Shown here piece by piece: positions 6,674-7,459 of a stretch of 7,459 nt of DNA. The stretch is from Tubiluchus corallicola. Its lineage: Eukaryota > Animalia > Priapulida. Location of the stretch: assembly GCA_030141605.1 (NCBI GenBank), contig JAQGDQ010002228.1:1-7459 (forward strand). The letters run 5' to 3'. The notes under the pieces were generated by a model. That model did not search any database. It saw only the letters and a list, made by a program, of their open reading frames with translations, and had not been told where the DNA came from. Made by a program: the position numbers and the translations under genes. Within the stretch, counting starts at the first letter, position 1. Every line of letters begins with the position of its first letter.

Positions 6674-7441
6674 TTACATGTGTCCTTCAATTAAACATAA
6701 TTGATTAATATGTCGTCTTAGAATGCCAGAAGCTGTCTTCAATGTTGCAAACCGCACCAAACCATCTTCATCAGGACTGGCTACTACTACTCTGCCTAGA
6801 GCCCAGCTGCTTCGTGGAGTCTGGATGTCTTTAATTAGGACGATGTCACCTTCTTGGATGTTTTTCTTGGCTCTGTTCCATTTAGACCTTTGCTGGAGCA
6901 TAACTATATATTCCTTCTTCCACCTTTGCCAAAATATGTTGGCCATATGTTGAATGTGGTGCCATCTTCTTGAGTACACATCACAGTCGGTGAATTTTCC
7001 AGGTGGTAGAGTAGGACCATTGCGCAGCAACAGCAAGTGATTAGGAGTCAGAGGTTCGCAATCGCGAATGTCATCTGAAACTACAGAAATCGGACGACTA
7101 TTCAGGATATTCTCAACCTGACAAAAATATGTGTGTAATGCTTCATCATCTATGGTGTGCTTGCCCATGATAAAGGTAAGTGTTCGTTTTACACTCTTTA
7201 TCAGCCGCTCCCAAACTCCTCCAGTGTGTGGAGACTGAGGAGCATTAAATCGCCATTCGATTACCTTTTTTTGTAATGCCTTGGAAATGTCCTCATTGTT
7301 CCACTGCTCGATCGATCTCTTCAGTTCACGATCTGCTCCAGTTAAATTAGTGCCACAATCAGATCGCAGCATCTTGGGTTCGCCTCTTCGACAAACAAAT
7401 CTTTGGATAGCATTAATTAAGGAGTCAGTTTCCATTGTATA
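6674..7441 (-). CDS. pol: BEL/Pao Pol C-terminus: integrase core (second D and E of DDE) and C-terminal DUF5641-type domain; 5'-partial
   Basis: RFVCRRG, SDCGTN, FNAPQSPHTGGVWERLIKSVK, ENILNSRPI, LTPNHLL, FWQRWKKEY, GDIVLI, WALGRV, DGLVR, RHINQLCLI are characteristic BEL/Pao motifs. No stops in 253 codons. The Met at 7435 is internal, not a true start. Confidence 0.96.
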   Translation of the reverse strand, partial: YTMETDSLINAIQRFVCRRGEPKMLRSDCGTNLTGADRELKRSIEQWNNEDISKALQKKVIEWRFNAPQSPHTGGVWERLIKSVKRTLTFIMGKHTIDDEALHTYFCQVENILNSRPISVVSDDIRDCEPLTPNHLLLLRNGPTLPPGKFTDCDVYSRRWHHIQHMANIFWQRWKKEYIVMLQQRSKWNRAKKNIQEGDIVLIKDIQTPRSSWALGRVVVASPDEDGLVRFATLKTASGILRRHINQLCLIEGHM

Positions 7442-7459
7442 TAGCCAACACTGCCATCT

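Larger units (their letters stand above)
4840..7441 (-). mobile_element. BEL/Pao LTR retrotransposon, 3' portion (integrase, PPT, 3' LTR)
   Basis: BEL-type integrase ORF, PPT ~50 nt after its stop, then TGT-initiated LTR with a matching inverted terminus at 4840. Confidence 0.85.

Noticed and set aside
6723-6953. 76-aa + strand ORF
   Set aside because: Antisense shadow of the integrase.

Overview
Eukaryotic, AT-rich, probably invertebrate metazoan genomic DNA; it does not look prokaryotic and the taxon cannot be fixed from sequence alone. An intronless + strand gene (1955-4429) encodes an 824-aa type I membrane protein with a signal peptide, about 5 divergent cadherin-like repeats, one TM helix and an acidic non-classical tail. 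It sits between two minus-strand retroelements. Left: a non-LTR retrotransposon whose APE-endonuclease ORF2 start (385 to the left edge) is missing from the ORF track. The end of its zinc-knuckle ORF1 overlaps ORF2 by ATGA and is cut off abruptly by a ~335-bp (GA)n tract. Right: the 3' end of a BEL/Pao LTR retrotransposon, with integrase C-terminus, polypurine tract and an inferred 1772-bp LTR (4840-6611) bounded by TGTGAAG/CTTCACA. That LTR contains a 94-bp tandem array with 3-unit higher-order structure and promoter-like motifs facing antisense into the cadherin gene. I see no clear evidence of a wholly new biological system; the best leads are the atypical cadherin, the satellite-bearing LTR and the LINE/microsatellite junction.
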